NCBI GenBank assembly: GCA_045640905.1
Contig: JAZUFW010000058.1
Location: forward strand, 9,881-73,880
DNA from: Lachnospiraceae bacterium
GTDB lineage: Bacteria > Bacillota > Clostridia > Lachnospirales > Lachnospiraceae
Direction of reading: 5' to 3'
Length of the DNA stretch: 64,000 nt
The first letter of the stretch is position 1, and each line of letters begins with the position of its first letter. The position numbers and the translations under genes were made by a program. Below, in pieces: positions 17,805 to 26,565 of this stretch. Under the pieces are notes generated by a model. It had not been told where the DNA came from, did not search any database, and saw nothing but the letters and a program-made list of their open reading frames with translations.

Positions 17805-19244
17805 ATGGAATTTTCTGTTTGTTTTTTTTCTTTTATGCTTATAGTACTTGCGCTGTTTTATTTGATAAAAAATAAGACAGCGCGAGTTTTGTTGTTGATA
17901 ATATCTTCTTTCACGTTTGTGGCACTTCTCGGAGTAAGGGATGCATTTATCTTGCTGATTACATCACTCCTTACCTATATCGTTGCATATTTCATTGATT
18001 TTTTCCAACGGAAAGGTAAAAACAATATATCGAAAGTTTTTCTTAGCGCAGGAATTACAGCAAGCTTGCTTAATCTTTTTGCGTTTAAATATGCTGACTG
18101 GCTGTTGGTAAAAATGATGGGTATTTCGGCATTGGGCAGTGTGCTTGATGAATTGATTATTCCGCTGGGACTGTCATTTTATACATTTCAGGTAATAGAT
18201 TATTTGTGCGACGTGTATAAAGGACAGGTTAAGTATGAGAAAAACCCTTTGTTATTGATATGTTATCTTACGTATTTTCCCAAATTGCTTAGCGGTCCGA
18301 TAGAAAAGAGTACCGAATTCATTCAAAATCTTAATAAGCTTGATTCGGTTAGGATTCCGAAAGGTGACAGACTGACAAAGGCAATTACCTGCTTTTTCCT
18401 GGGATTTTTTATGAAACTTTGCATCGCCGACAGAGCGAATATATTTGTAAGCCCTGTTTTTAACGATCCCAATGCGTATGGCGGAGTGATTATCATGGGC
18501 GCATCATTGCTGTATACCATACAGATTTATTGCGATTTCGCAGGGTATTCGTTGATAGCGATAGGCGTTTCGGAAATGTTTGGGATTCCATTATCCACCA
18601 ATTTTGATAATCCGTATTTTAGCGAGAATATAACCGAATTTTGGAGAAGATGGCACATCACCTTAGGAAGGTTTTTAAAAGAACGAATTTACATTCCGCT
18701 CGGCGGAAACAGAAAAGGAATAAAGCGGCAATATATAAATCTGTTTGCGGTATTTGTAATTTGCGGACTTTGGCATGGGGCATCCGTTAAATTCCTGGTG
18801 TGGGGAATAATGCACGGAATATTGTCGATTATTTCGAGATGGGCATTGACTCACAAAGTCAACTTCCTTGTTAAGGGGATAAGCGGAAGAATTATTACGT
18901 TTTTATGTGTTTCTTTCGGTTGGATCTTTTTCGAAAGCGTCTATTTTAGGGGCGCATTGAACTTTATCAAATGTATGTTTTTTAACCTTAATAATCCTTT
19001 CGGAGGATTGCGGTTCTTCGCAGATAAATACAGACACGCCATTGTTCTTTTTGCTCTGATAATTGTTTTTTACATTCTTGAAAGAATCAGTTATCGAAAT
19101 AAAGTCACCTTGGCCGAATATATTTGCTCAAGGAAACAGGTCGTTAGATTGATTATTCTGTACGGGCTTATTATGCTGACGGTATGTGCGGGAATTTACG
19201 GAACAGAAGCTTTGAATTCCATGTTTATTTATATGAACTTTTGA
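17805..19244 (+). CDS. MBOAT family O-acyltransferase (AlgI/PatA/DltB-like), copy 1
   Basis: Polytopic membrane protein. FWRRWHITLGRFL...IPLGGNRKG and GLWHG (conserved His). ATG at 17805. Confidence 0.9.
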   Translation: MEFSVCFFSFMLIVLALFYLIKNKTARVLLLIISSFTFVALLGVRDAFILLITSLLTYIVAYFIDFFQRKGKNNISKVFLSAGITASLLNLFAFKYADWLLVKMMGISALGSVLDELIIPLGLSFYTFQVIDYLCDVYKGQVKYEKNPLLLICYLTYFPKLLSGPIEKSTEFIQNLNKLDSVRIPKGDRLTKAITCFFLGFFMKLCIADRANIFVSPVFNDPNAYGGVIIMGASLLYTIQIYCDFAGYSLIAIGVSEMFGIPLSTNFDNPYFSENITEFWRRWHITLGRFLKERIYIPLGGNRKGIKRQYINLFAVFVICGLWHGASVKFLVWGIMHGILSIISRWALTHKVNFLVKGISGRIITFLCVSFGWIFFESVYFRGALNFIKCMFFNLNNPFGGLRFFADKYRHAIVLFALIIVFYILERISYRNKVTLAEYICSRKQVVRLIILYGLIMLTVCAGIYGTEALNSMFIYMNF

Positions 19245-19246
19245 TT

Positions 19247-20233
19247 ATGAAAAAGAAAATTATCACAGCGGTGTTTATAGTAGTATTGATATCATCGCTA
19301 ATGCTTTCCAACGAAATATTGAAGGTAAAATCCTTTGACGGAATCAGACAGGCAGAGAGCTTGTATTACCAAGGGAAAAACATGATAGATGTGGCCTTTT
19401 TGGGATCGAGTCACATTCATTGCGATATTAATACGCAGCTGCTTTTTGATGATTACGGAATCGCCGGATATGATTATTCTGCGGCAGATCAACCGTTGTG
19501 GATTACGTATTATTATTTAATAGAACTGGAAAAGAGACAAAATCCGAAACTCGTAGTAATTGATTTGTATGCTCCGGCTCGAATCAAGGAAGACTATAGA
19601 TACAGATGGATGAGAGATAATCTGTACGGAGTCAGATTTTCATTAAACAAGATTAATATGATGAACGAAGCGGTTGAAAGAGAAGAACTTGATGTGTATT
19701 TTCCATCCTTTTGGGGATATCATAACCGATTCATAGAAGTGGGATTTGATGATTTCGAATATTTGAAATTGACACATAAAGATAAAGAGCGTTTTAAAGG
19801 ATATACACCGTACTATGGTGTGGCACCGCAGGAAGAACCTGTGATTACTACCGACAAGAAGGCAGGATTAACGGCCAAATCAGAAGCGGCTTTGAGAAAA
19901 ATCATTCAGTATGCAAAAGAAAACGATATAAATCTATTCTTTGTGGCAGCTCCTTATACCGAGACCAATGAAGACAGGGAAACATTTAACGAGATTGCGG
20001 AAATTTTGAATGAAAATGATATAGAGTTCTTTAATGGGAACGAATATTACAAAGAAATGGGAATCAATTATTCCGAAGATTTTCACGATTATTCGCATTT
20101 AAATTATGAAGGCGGATTGAAATATACCAATTATTTGGCAGGAGTAATCAAAGAAAGATTTGACATACCCGACAGAAGAGGAGATGAAAAATACTCCTCT
20201 TGGGCTAATCAGGTATTTGGAAGTGAATCATAA
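19247..20233 (+). CDS. Membrane-anchored SGNH-like protein (PatB/DltD-like partner of the MBOAT), copy 1
   Basis: N-terminal TM helix, AFLGSSH (block I Ser) and FHDYSHLN (DxxH). Starts 2 nt after the MBOAT stop. Paralogous to 24383-25489. Confidence 0.7.
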   Translation: MKKKIITAVFIVVLISSLMLSNEILKVKSFDGIRQAESLYYQGKNMIDVAFLGSSHIHCDINTQLLFDDYGIAGYDYSAADQPLWITYYYLIELEKRQNPKLVVIDLYAPARIKEDYRYRWMRDNLYGVRFSLNKINMMNEAVEREELDVYFPSFWGYHNRFIEVGFDDFEYLKLTHKDKERFKGYTPYYGVAPQEEPVITTDKKAGLTAKSEAALRKIIQYAKENDINLFFVAAPYTETNEDRETFNEIAEILNENDIEFFNGNEYYKEMGINYSEDFHDYSHLNYEGGLKYTNYLAGVIKERFDIPDRRGDEKYSSWANQVFGSES

Positions 20234-20827
20234 AGCCTTAATTATGGCATCATACAATTCATCATATGTTTCAAAAGCCGGGTACTCAGGGTAGTCGGCT
20301 TTTATTTTGTCTGTAGATCTGAAAAGGAAACCTGCCTTGCTGGCTTTAATCATGGCCAAATCGTTAAAACTGTCACCGCTTGCGATGGTATCGTAGCCGA
20401 TTTGCTGGAAAGCCTTTACGGTAGTAAGCTTGGAATCTTTGACACGCATTTTGTGTCCGGTTATTTCTCCGTTCTCGGCTACTTCCAAACTGTTGCAAAA
20501 GATGGTGGGCCAGCCGAGCTTCTCCATTAACGGAGTGGCAAATTCGCTGAAAGTATCGCTCAAAATGACTACCTGTGTTTTGGCACGAAGTTTGTCCAAA
20601 AACTCTTTGGCACCGGGGAGAGGTTCGATTTTTTCGATAGTCTCCTGAATTTCGCGAAGACCTAAACCATGTTCTTTCAATATTCCGATTCGGTACTTCA
20701 TGAGCTTGTCATAATCGGGCTCGTCTCTGGTGGTTATTTTCAGTTCCGGAATATTGGTCACTTCGGAAAAGGCAATCCATATTTCGGGAACCAATACTCC
20801 TTCCAAATCCAGACATACAATGTTCAT
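20228..20827 (-). CDS. thrH: Phosphoserine phosphatase / homoserine phosphotransferase ThrH-type HAD enzyme
   Basis: MNIVCLDLEGVLVPEIWIAF...TTRDEPDYD...VVILSDTF is colinear with Pseudomonas ThrH (recalled). Confidence 0.8.
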   Translation of the reverse strand: MNIVCLDLEGVLVPEIWIAFSEVTNIPELKITTRDEPDYDKLMKYRIGILKEHGLGLREIQETIEKIEPLPGAKEFLDKLRAKTQVVILSDTFSEFATPLMEKLGWPTIFCNSLEVAENGEITGHKMRVKDSKLTTVKAFQQIGYDTIASGDSFNDLAMIKASKAGFLFRSTDKIKADYPEYPAFETYDELYDAIIKAL

Positions 20828-20829
20828 AC

Positions 20830-21792
20830 TTATTTAATTCCTTTCTTAAAACGTTTTTCGTTGTATAATTCCTCATCGGCTCTGTTAAGCGCTTCTTCGA
20901 GGTTAATATCATCCTCGGGAGAAATGGAAATACCGCCGACAGATACACTTAAAACGTATGGTTTATTTATTATTTCGTTCAAGTCCGCAAAATTTGAAGC
21001 AATCTGCTCTTTAAAGAACTGTCCGCCGAAATTATCGTCACGATAGCTGACAACACAGGCAAATTCATCACCACCGAGACGTCCGCAGATTCCACGTCCT
21101 CTGACAACTTTGGTCAATTGCTCTGCAATATTGATGATACAGAAATCTCCGTCATCATGACCATAAGTATCATTTACCTTTTTGAGATTGTCCATATCGA
21201 TGTACATTACATATGACAAAATACCTGCACGTCTGTTTGCGTTCAGAATTTCCTGACCGGCTTCCATGAAACCGGCTCTGTTATATACGCGCGTCATGAT
21301 GTCCATGGAGGCTTTGCTGGTAGCTCGTTGATTTTCTTTTTCGGCAACTTTAAGCTGACGCTCCATGATAGCCATTTTCTTTTGCGTCATAACGAAATTA
21401 TTCTTAATGTTTACTACCTCGGTGATGTCCTGCAGACATCCTTCCAGACGAATTCCCTGTCGGTAGTTAAAATTTCTGTTTCCGCCCCAACGGAAATATA
21501 TGGTGTTGCGTGTCGGGTGCGACCACGAATACTGAATCTGTGCATAATTGCCCAGAACCATTTTGTCTACGGCCTTCTGAATATCGTCGTGATAATCAGG
21601 ATCAATTTTGTCATACCAGGCATTGTAAATCTCTTCGGGTGACAGTGAGTCTTGGCTCAAATCCATCATTCTGCGCATGGTGTCATTGATATACATACGA
21701 GGCTCGATGCCTTCGTCACATTCAATGGCCCACAAACCGATATTTGAATTGTCCAAAATGTCATAAAGCATTTCAAAATTGTTACTGTTCAT
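20830..21792 (-). CDS. Diguanylate cyclase (PAS-like N-terminal domain plus GGDEF)
   Basis: RVYNRAGF and GRLGGDEFACV. ATG at 21792 lies 8 nt after GAGGA. The TTG at 21807 is less likely. Confidence 0.85.
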   Translation of the reverse strand: MNSNNFEMLYDILDNSNIGLWAIECDEGIEPRMYINDTMRRMMDLSQDSLSPEEIYNAWYDKIDPDYHDDIQKAVDKMVLGNYAQIQYSWSHPTRNTIYFRWGGNRNFNYRQGIRLEGCLQDITEVVNIKNNFVMTQKKMAIMERQLKVAEKENQRATSKASMDIMTRVYNRAGFMEAGQEILNANRRAGILSYVMYIDMDNLKKVNDTYGHDDGDFCIINIAEQLTKVVRGRGICGRLGGDEFACVVSYRDDNFGGQFFKEQIASNFADLNEIINKPYVLSVSVGGISISPEDDINLEEALNRADEELYNEKRFKKGIK

Positions 21793-21883
21793 ATGCACCG
21801 TCCTCAAAAACTACTCTTTATATTCTCTTACGAATCGGGCCTTGTGTCAAATTGTTTCTGCCATATATTTTTTCGAGTTTTTG

Positions 21884-21912
21884 TTGAAAAATGCGTGTTT
21901 TATGCTTAGAAT
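21884..21912 (+). promoter_or_regulatory. Putative promoter of the carrier-protein/MBOAT operon
   Basis: TTGAAA, 17 nt, TAGAAT. Confidence 0.45.
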
Positions 21913-21934
21913 AGTCTGTACAAGGAGGTGCATT

Positions 21935-22573
21935 ATGAGAACCGGAAATATTGATAATTTGGTAAAAAACGAATACGATAACGCAGTTTCATTAAAACAG
22001 AGAATCAGCAAAGCCGATGAAGCCAAATCACCTGCTTTGTCGAATGAGAAAAATGTCGAAGAAAAAGCGGAAAGCAAGAAAGAAGATTTAAAGAGCAAAG
22101 TCTTTGGAGATGTGATCAGTGCATCCGAAGACGGAGATGTCGTAAATGCGAAAAAGGAATCAATGAAAAAGCTTGACGACGGCTTTGTTTTCCCTAAAAA
22201 CGCCGAAAAGGTTATTAAAGACGAGCGTGAAAAGGACGATGAAGAAGTAGAGTCTTTGGCCGGATATTCGGAAAATGAAATCGAGTTACTTTATGAGCAG
22301 GGCAAAATCAGCAAAATAAAGTATGATCGTGAAATAGAGCGCCGTGAAGAAATAACCGGTGAAGATAAAAAGGAAACAGCCGATGAAACGAAAGATGCTT
22401 CACGGGTGGAAGAAATAAAGAAAGAGCAGGATAAGGACGAACAGCTTTTCAAAAAGTTGGGCGGAACGGTTAAGAATATGGCCGATGAACGAATTAAGGC
22501 AGATGCCTATGAAGCGGCCGTAAAGAACGACAGAACCGACATTTTTGCTGATGTCTTTGGACAAAATAATTAA
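21935..22573 (+). CDS. Hypothetical highly charged (K/E/D-rich) protein
   Basis: ATG at 21935 follows AAGGAGGTG. 212 aa, no TM helix, no recognisable domain. Confidence 0.5.
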   Translation: MRTGNIDNLVKNEYDNAVSLKQRISKADEAKSPALSNEKNVEEKAESKKEDLKSKVFGDVISASEDGDVVNAKKESMKKLDDGFVFPKNAEKVIKDEREKDDEEVESLAGYSENEIELLYEQGKISKIKYDREIERREEITGEDKKETADETKDASRVEEIKKEQDKDEQLFKKLGGTVKNMADERIKADAYEAAVKNDRTDIFADVFGQNN

Positions 22574-22597
22574 TCATTACAGGCTTGGGAGGTAAAT

Positions 22598-22840
22598 ATG
22601 AGCCGCGAAGATATTCTTGAAAAGGTAAATGAAATATTTTGGGATGTATTTGATGACGAGTCACTTGTGATTGACGATGAGACTACGGCTGATGATATTG
22701 AAGATTGGGATTCTTTGACACATATTACTTTGATAAGTGCCATTGAAGGCGAATTTGATTTCAAATTTGCCATGAAGGATGTTCTGGGCATGAAAAATGT
22801 CGGAGAAATGCTGGACATCATTGAAAGAGAAATGGCTTAA
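22598..22840 (+). CDS. Stand-alone acyl/peptidyl carrier protein (PP-binding)
   Basis: 80 aa, acidic, with a DWDSLTH phosphopantetheine-attachment serine motif. RBS GGGAGG. Confidence 0.8.
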   Translation: MSREDILEKVNEIFWDVFDDESLVIDDETTADDIEDWDSLTHITLISAIEGEFDFKFAMKDVLGMKNVGEMLDIIEREMA

Positions 22841-24417
22841 TGAGCGCTTTGTTTGGTAATATGAGTCTGGTTTCGGCCTCGTTTATTGTGTTTTTAATTT
22901 CAGCGTTGTTTGTTTATTACCTACTGCCACATAAATGGCAGTGGGTTATTTTGTTGTTTGAGAGTGTTTTGTTTTTTGCCTTATGCGGAACCTTTTATAC
23001 CATTATTTATGTTGCGTTGAGCACGATATCGGTATATTTGGGAACCAGATTCATGTCGGATGAAAATCCGAAAAAGAAAAAAGGAATCTATGTTGTTACA
23101 TTATGCTTTAATCTGATTATTCTGTTTGTTCTGAAATACAGTAATTTCGCACTTCAAAATGTATATTTGTTCAAGACTTATATTCTTCATGATGAGAATG
23201 CTTCTTTGACGGTCTTTAATATTGTTTCTTCGTTGGGAATCAGTTTTTATGCGCTTTCCATGATTTCGTATCTCACCGATGTTTATTGGGGAATTGTCGA
23301 AAAGGAAAATAATATATTCAAAGTTGCATTGTTTAATATTTATTTTCCGAATCTGATATCCGGACCGATTAACAGGTTTGGAAATATAAAGGATGAATTG
23401 TTTGCCGAGCATGATTTTGACGGAAAGCGCGTATACGAAGGCGTCTTAAGAATATTGCTCGGATTTTTCAAGAAACTGATGGTTTCGGAGCATTTGGCCC
23501 CTTTGACAGCTTTCTTGTATGATAATTATCAAACCTATGACGGAATATATGTATGGATAGGGACGGCACTGTTTGTAATTCAGCTCTATGCCGATTTTTC
23601 CGGATGCATGGATATAGTTTTGGGCGCATCCGAGTGCTTTGGTATCAAAATAGTCGAAAACTTCGACAGACCTTTTGCATCGGAAACGATACAGGAGTTT
23701 TGGCAAAGATGGCATATTACCTTGGGGCTTTTCTTTAAAGATTATTTGATGTATCCGATTCTCAGGTCGAAACTTTTTTCAAAGATGACAAAGTCGATTA
23801 AGAAAAAACTGGGAAAGACGGCAGCAAAAAGAATCCCGACATATATTGCCATGTTTATTCTTTGGTTTGCGATAGGACTATGGCACGGAGGAGGCTACAA
23901 TTATATCGGCGAGGGTATTTATTTCTTTATCTTCATCGTGCTGGGACAGATTCTGGATCGCCCGTTGAAGAGTATCAACAGATTTCTTCACATTGATGAC
24001 ACGAGTGTCGGATTTCACAGATTCAGGACAATAAGAACCGCAATATGTTACGGCGGCGGAATATTGTTTTTTAAAGCTTCTTCACTGACCCAGGGCCTTA
24101 AAATGATAGGAAGTGCCGTTAATCCGAGCAAAGTATTCGTAAGCGTTGGCTCCCTCAAAGAAAGTATTATGCTGCTTGATGAAACTTACGGAACCAATAA
24201 TATGTGCTGGAGTGCTCTGGCGGTAGCTTTAGGACTTACGGTTATGGTTATCTTGGGCTTTAAGGCAAAGAAAAACATAACCTTTATGAATTATTTTTCA
24301 TCAAAAAGTTACATGGCAAATGTTGTTATGTGGGTTGCTGTGATTATGGTTATTCTGGTGTTCGGAGCTTTCGGACCGGGATATGTTTCGGGAGAGTTTA
24401 TTTACGGTGGGTTCTGA
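22840..24417 (+). CDS. MBOAT family O-acyltransferase (AlgI/PatA/DltB-like), copy 2
   Basis: FWQRWHITLGLFFKDY and GLWHGG. TAATG overlap with the carrier-protein stop. Confidence 0.9.
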   Translation: MSALFGNMSLVSASFIVFLISALFVYYLLPHKWQWVILLFESVLFFALCGTFYTIIYVALSTISVYLGTRFMSDENPKKKKGIYVVTLCFNLIILFVLKYSNFALQNVYLFKTYILHDENASLTVFNIVSSLGISFYALSMISYLTDVYWGIVEKENNIFKVALFNIYFPNLISGPINRFGNIKDELFAEHDFDGKRVYEGVLRILLGFFKKLMVSEHLAPLTAFLYDNYQTYDGIYVWIGTALFVIQLYADFSGCMDIVLGASECFGIKIVENFDRPFASETIQEFWQRWHITLGLFFKDYLMYPILRSKLFSKMTKSIKKKLGKTAAKRIPTYIAMFILWFAIGLWHGGGYNYIGEGIYFFIFIVLGQILDRPLKSINRFLHIDDTSVGFHRFRTIRTAICYGGGILFFKASSLTQGLKMIGSAVNPSKVFVSVGSLKESIMLLDETYGTNNMCWSALAVALGLTVMVILGFKAKKNITFMNYFSSKSYMANVVMWVAVIMVILVFGAFGPGYVSGEFIYGGF

Positions 24418-25489
24418 TAAAGTAATAAAAAATGTGATTATCACCATATTGGGAATTGCCGTTTTGCTAAGCGGAGTCTTTTTCTTAAGCTATTTTATGA
24501 GACCGGTTACGGACAGCAGAAAGAACATATGCGGATTCTATGCCGAAGAAGCAAATACGCTTGATGTCGTATATGTCGGGGGCAGTGTCTGCTATTACTA
24601 TTATCAGCCGCTTAGAAGCTTTCATGATTACGGCTTTACTTCGTATGACTTCGGAACGGATGCTTTGCAACCGCAGGTTGTTAAGTATGAGATTAAAGAA
24701 ATATACAAAACGCAGTCGCCCCAACTTTTGATTATTGACTTGACTCCGTTCCTTTACGGAACCAGACAAAGCAGTGTCGAAGATGTCATCAATATGGAAC
24801 GTGTGGCTCCGTTTCGTAATGTTTCGGACAACATGAAGTATTCGTTAAATCGGTTTGAGATGATAGAAGAATGTGCACCGTCTTCGGAGGAAAAGTGGAC
24901 GTATCATTTTGATCTTTCGAAGTATCATTCGCTGCTCAGCCAGTTTGCGGACGGTGATAATTATCAATATATTTTGAATGAAAAGAAATTAATTACCAAG
25001 GGATTTGCATATCATGATGAAACCAGATATGTAAGCCTTGACGTTCCTCAAAATAAGGATGAAATTACGGCGGTTGACGAACGCCTTGAAATTATTTTGG
25101 GAGACTTATTGGCTTTCTTGAAAGAGAATAATCAGGAAACGTTGTTTGTTGTTACTCCGAGCGGAGATTATGCGGAGCATGTGGGTGAATACAACTATAT
25201 GAAACAGATGATTCTTGAGAAGGGTTTCGATTATTTGTGTATTATGGATTGTCTTGATGAGGTAGGTCTTGATGGAGAGAGAGGCTTTAGGGACAACGAA
25301 CATGTAAATTTGCTCGGAGCCGACAAGTATTCGATTTATCTGGGTGAATATTTAAATAATCATTACGAACTCCCCGATAAACGAAATGATGATAAATACA
25401 GTTCGTGGAACGAAGATTACGAAACATGGAATGCTCAAATGGAGCAGATACGTGAATATATTCGAAGCACAGGTTTGATAGCATATTAA
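24383..25489 (+). CDS. Membrane-anchored SGNH-like protein (PatB/DltD-like), copy 2
   Basis: TM helix, VYVGGSV and FRDNEHVN. C-terminal ...DKRNDDKYSSWN parallels ...DRRGDEKYSSWAN in copy 1. Start uncertain: ATG at 24383 or GTG at 24434. Confidence 0.7.
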   Translation: MFRESLFTVGSDKVIKNVIITILGIAVLLSGVFFLSYFMRPVTDSRKNICGFYAEEANTLDVVYVGGSVCYYYYQPLRSFHDYGFTSYDFGTDALQPQVVKYEIKEIYKTQSPQLLIIDLTPFLYGTRQSSVEDVINMERVAPFRNVSDNMKYSLNRFEMIEECAPSSEEKWTYHFDLSKYHSLLSQFADGDNYQYILNEKKLITKGFAYHDETRYVSLDVPQNKDEITAVDERLEIILGDLLAFLKENNQETLFVVTPSGDYAEHVGEYNYMKQMILEKGFDYLCIMDCLDEVGLDGERGFRDNEHVNLLGADKYSIYLGEYLNNHYELPDKRNDDKYSSWNEDYETWNAQMEQIREYIRSTGLIAY

Positions 25490-26565
25490 TGAAGAAAGAA
25501 AGAGACAAGCGTGAAACTAAATATGAGGTTGCTTTGATTGTTACCACGGTGTCAGTGTTGGTTACTTTGGCTGTAGGAATGTTGTTTTTCAGATTCTATA
25601 TGCTGAAGATTCATGATACGGGTTCAAAAAACAGTTTTGAACGCTCTTATGTAATGATTACGGATGACCCGAAATCATCGTTTTGGAATTCGATATACGA
25701 AAGCGCCCGCAATGAAGGAATTGAAAGCGGTACATATGTTGATTTATTGGGGGAAAATCTGGTAACGGATTATGATACCGAAGAACTCATGGAGATAGCC
25801 ATAAGTTCTGGTGTTGACGGGATAATTGTGTATGCCGATGAAACTGAGGAAATGGATGAACTGATTGATGAAGCCACTTTAGGGGGGATACCTGTTGTCA
25901 CTGCGTTTTCGGACGCAACCTTGTCAAAAAGAGTGTCGTTTGTCGGAATAGGCGGATATAATGTAGGCCGCGAGTATGGAAAACAAGTAATAAATATTAT
26001 TAAAGAGAAACGTAAAGAAAATGCGACCAGTATGTATTATGAATCCGACAGAAGAGTGGATATAGCCATTTTGACGGATTCCGATATGGATGAAAGCGAA
26101 CTTAATGTCATAGTATCCGGACTTTCCGAAGAATTGGAAGCGGAAAAGAGTGCCAATTCGAACTTTTCCATTTCCTTTGTAAGCGTAGATAATACAAATG
26201 CGTTTTCTGCGGAAGAATCCATCAGAGATATTTTTTCGTATGAAGAGATTCCGGATGTTCTCTTGTGTATGAATGAAGTGAACACCACCTGCGCTTATCA
26301 GGCCGTAGTTGATTACAACAAGGTCGGCGAAGTGAGTATTTTGGGTTACTATGATTCCGAAACTATCTTGAATGCCATCGCGCATAATGTAATATATGCG
26401 ACCATTTCGATAGATACAGAAGAGATGGGACGTTACTGTGTTGACGCGTTGAATGAATATATTGAATTGGGAAATACCAGTCAGTATTTCCCGGTTAATG
26501 TTACTTTGATTGACAGAAACAATGTGGAACAGTACCTGAATAAGGAGGAATCGGTTGATGAATAG
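25489..26565 (+). CDS. Membrane-anchored periplasmic-binding-protein (PBP1, sugar-binding) domain protein, probable sensor partner
   Basis: N-terminal TM helix followed by a LacI/RbsB-like fold (GVDGIIVYA, IPVVTAF, VSFVGIGGYNVG). TAATG overlap upstream. Confidence 0.7.
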   Translation: MKKERDKRETKYEVALIVTTVSVLVTLAVGMLFFRFYMLKIHDTGSKNSFERSYVMITDDPKSSFWNSIYESARNEGIESGTYVDLLGENLVTDYDTEELMEIAISSGVDGIIVYADETEEMDELIDEATLGGIPVVTAFSDATLSKRVSFVGIGGYNVGREYGKQVINIIKEKRKENATSMYYESDRRVDIAILTDSDMDESELNVIVSGLSEELEAEKSANSNFSISFVSVDNTNAFSAEESIRDIFSYEEIPDVLLCMNEVNTTCAYQAVVDYNKVGEVSILGYYDSETILNAIAHNVIYATISIDTEEMGRYCVDALNEYIELGNTSQYFPVNVTLIDRNNVEQYLNKEESVDE

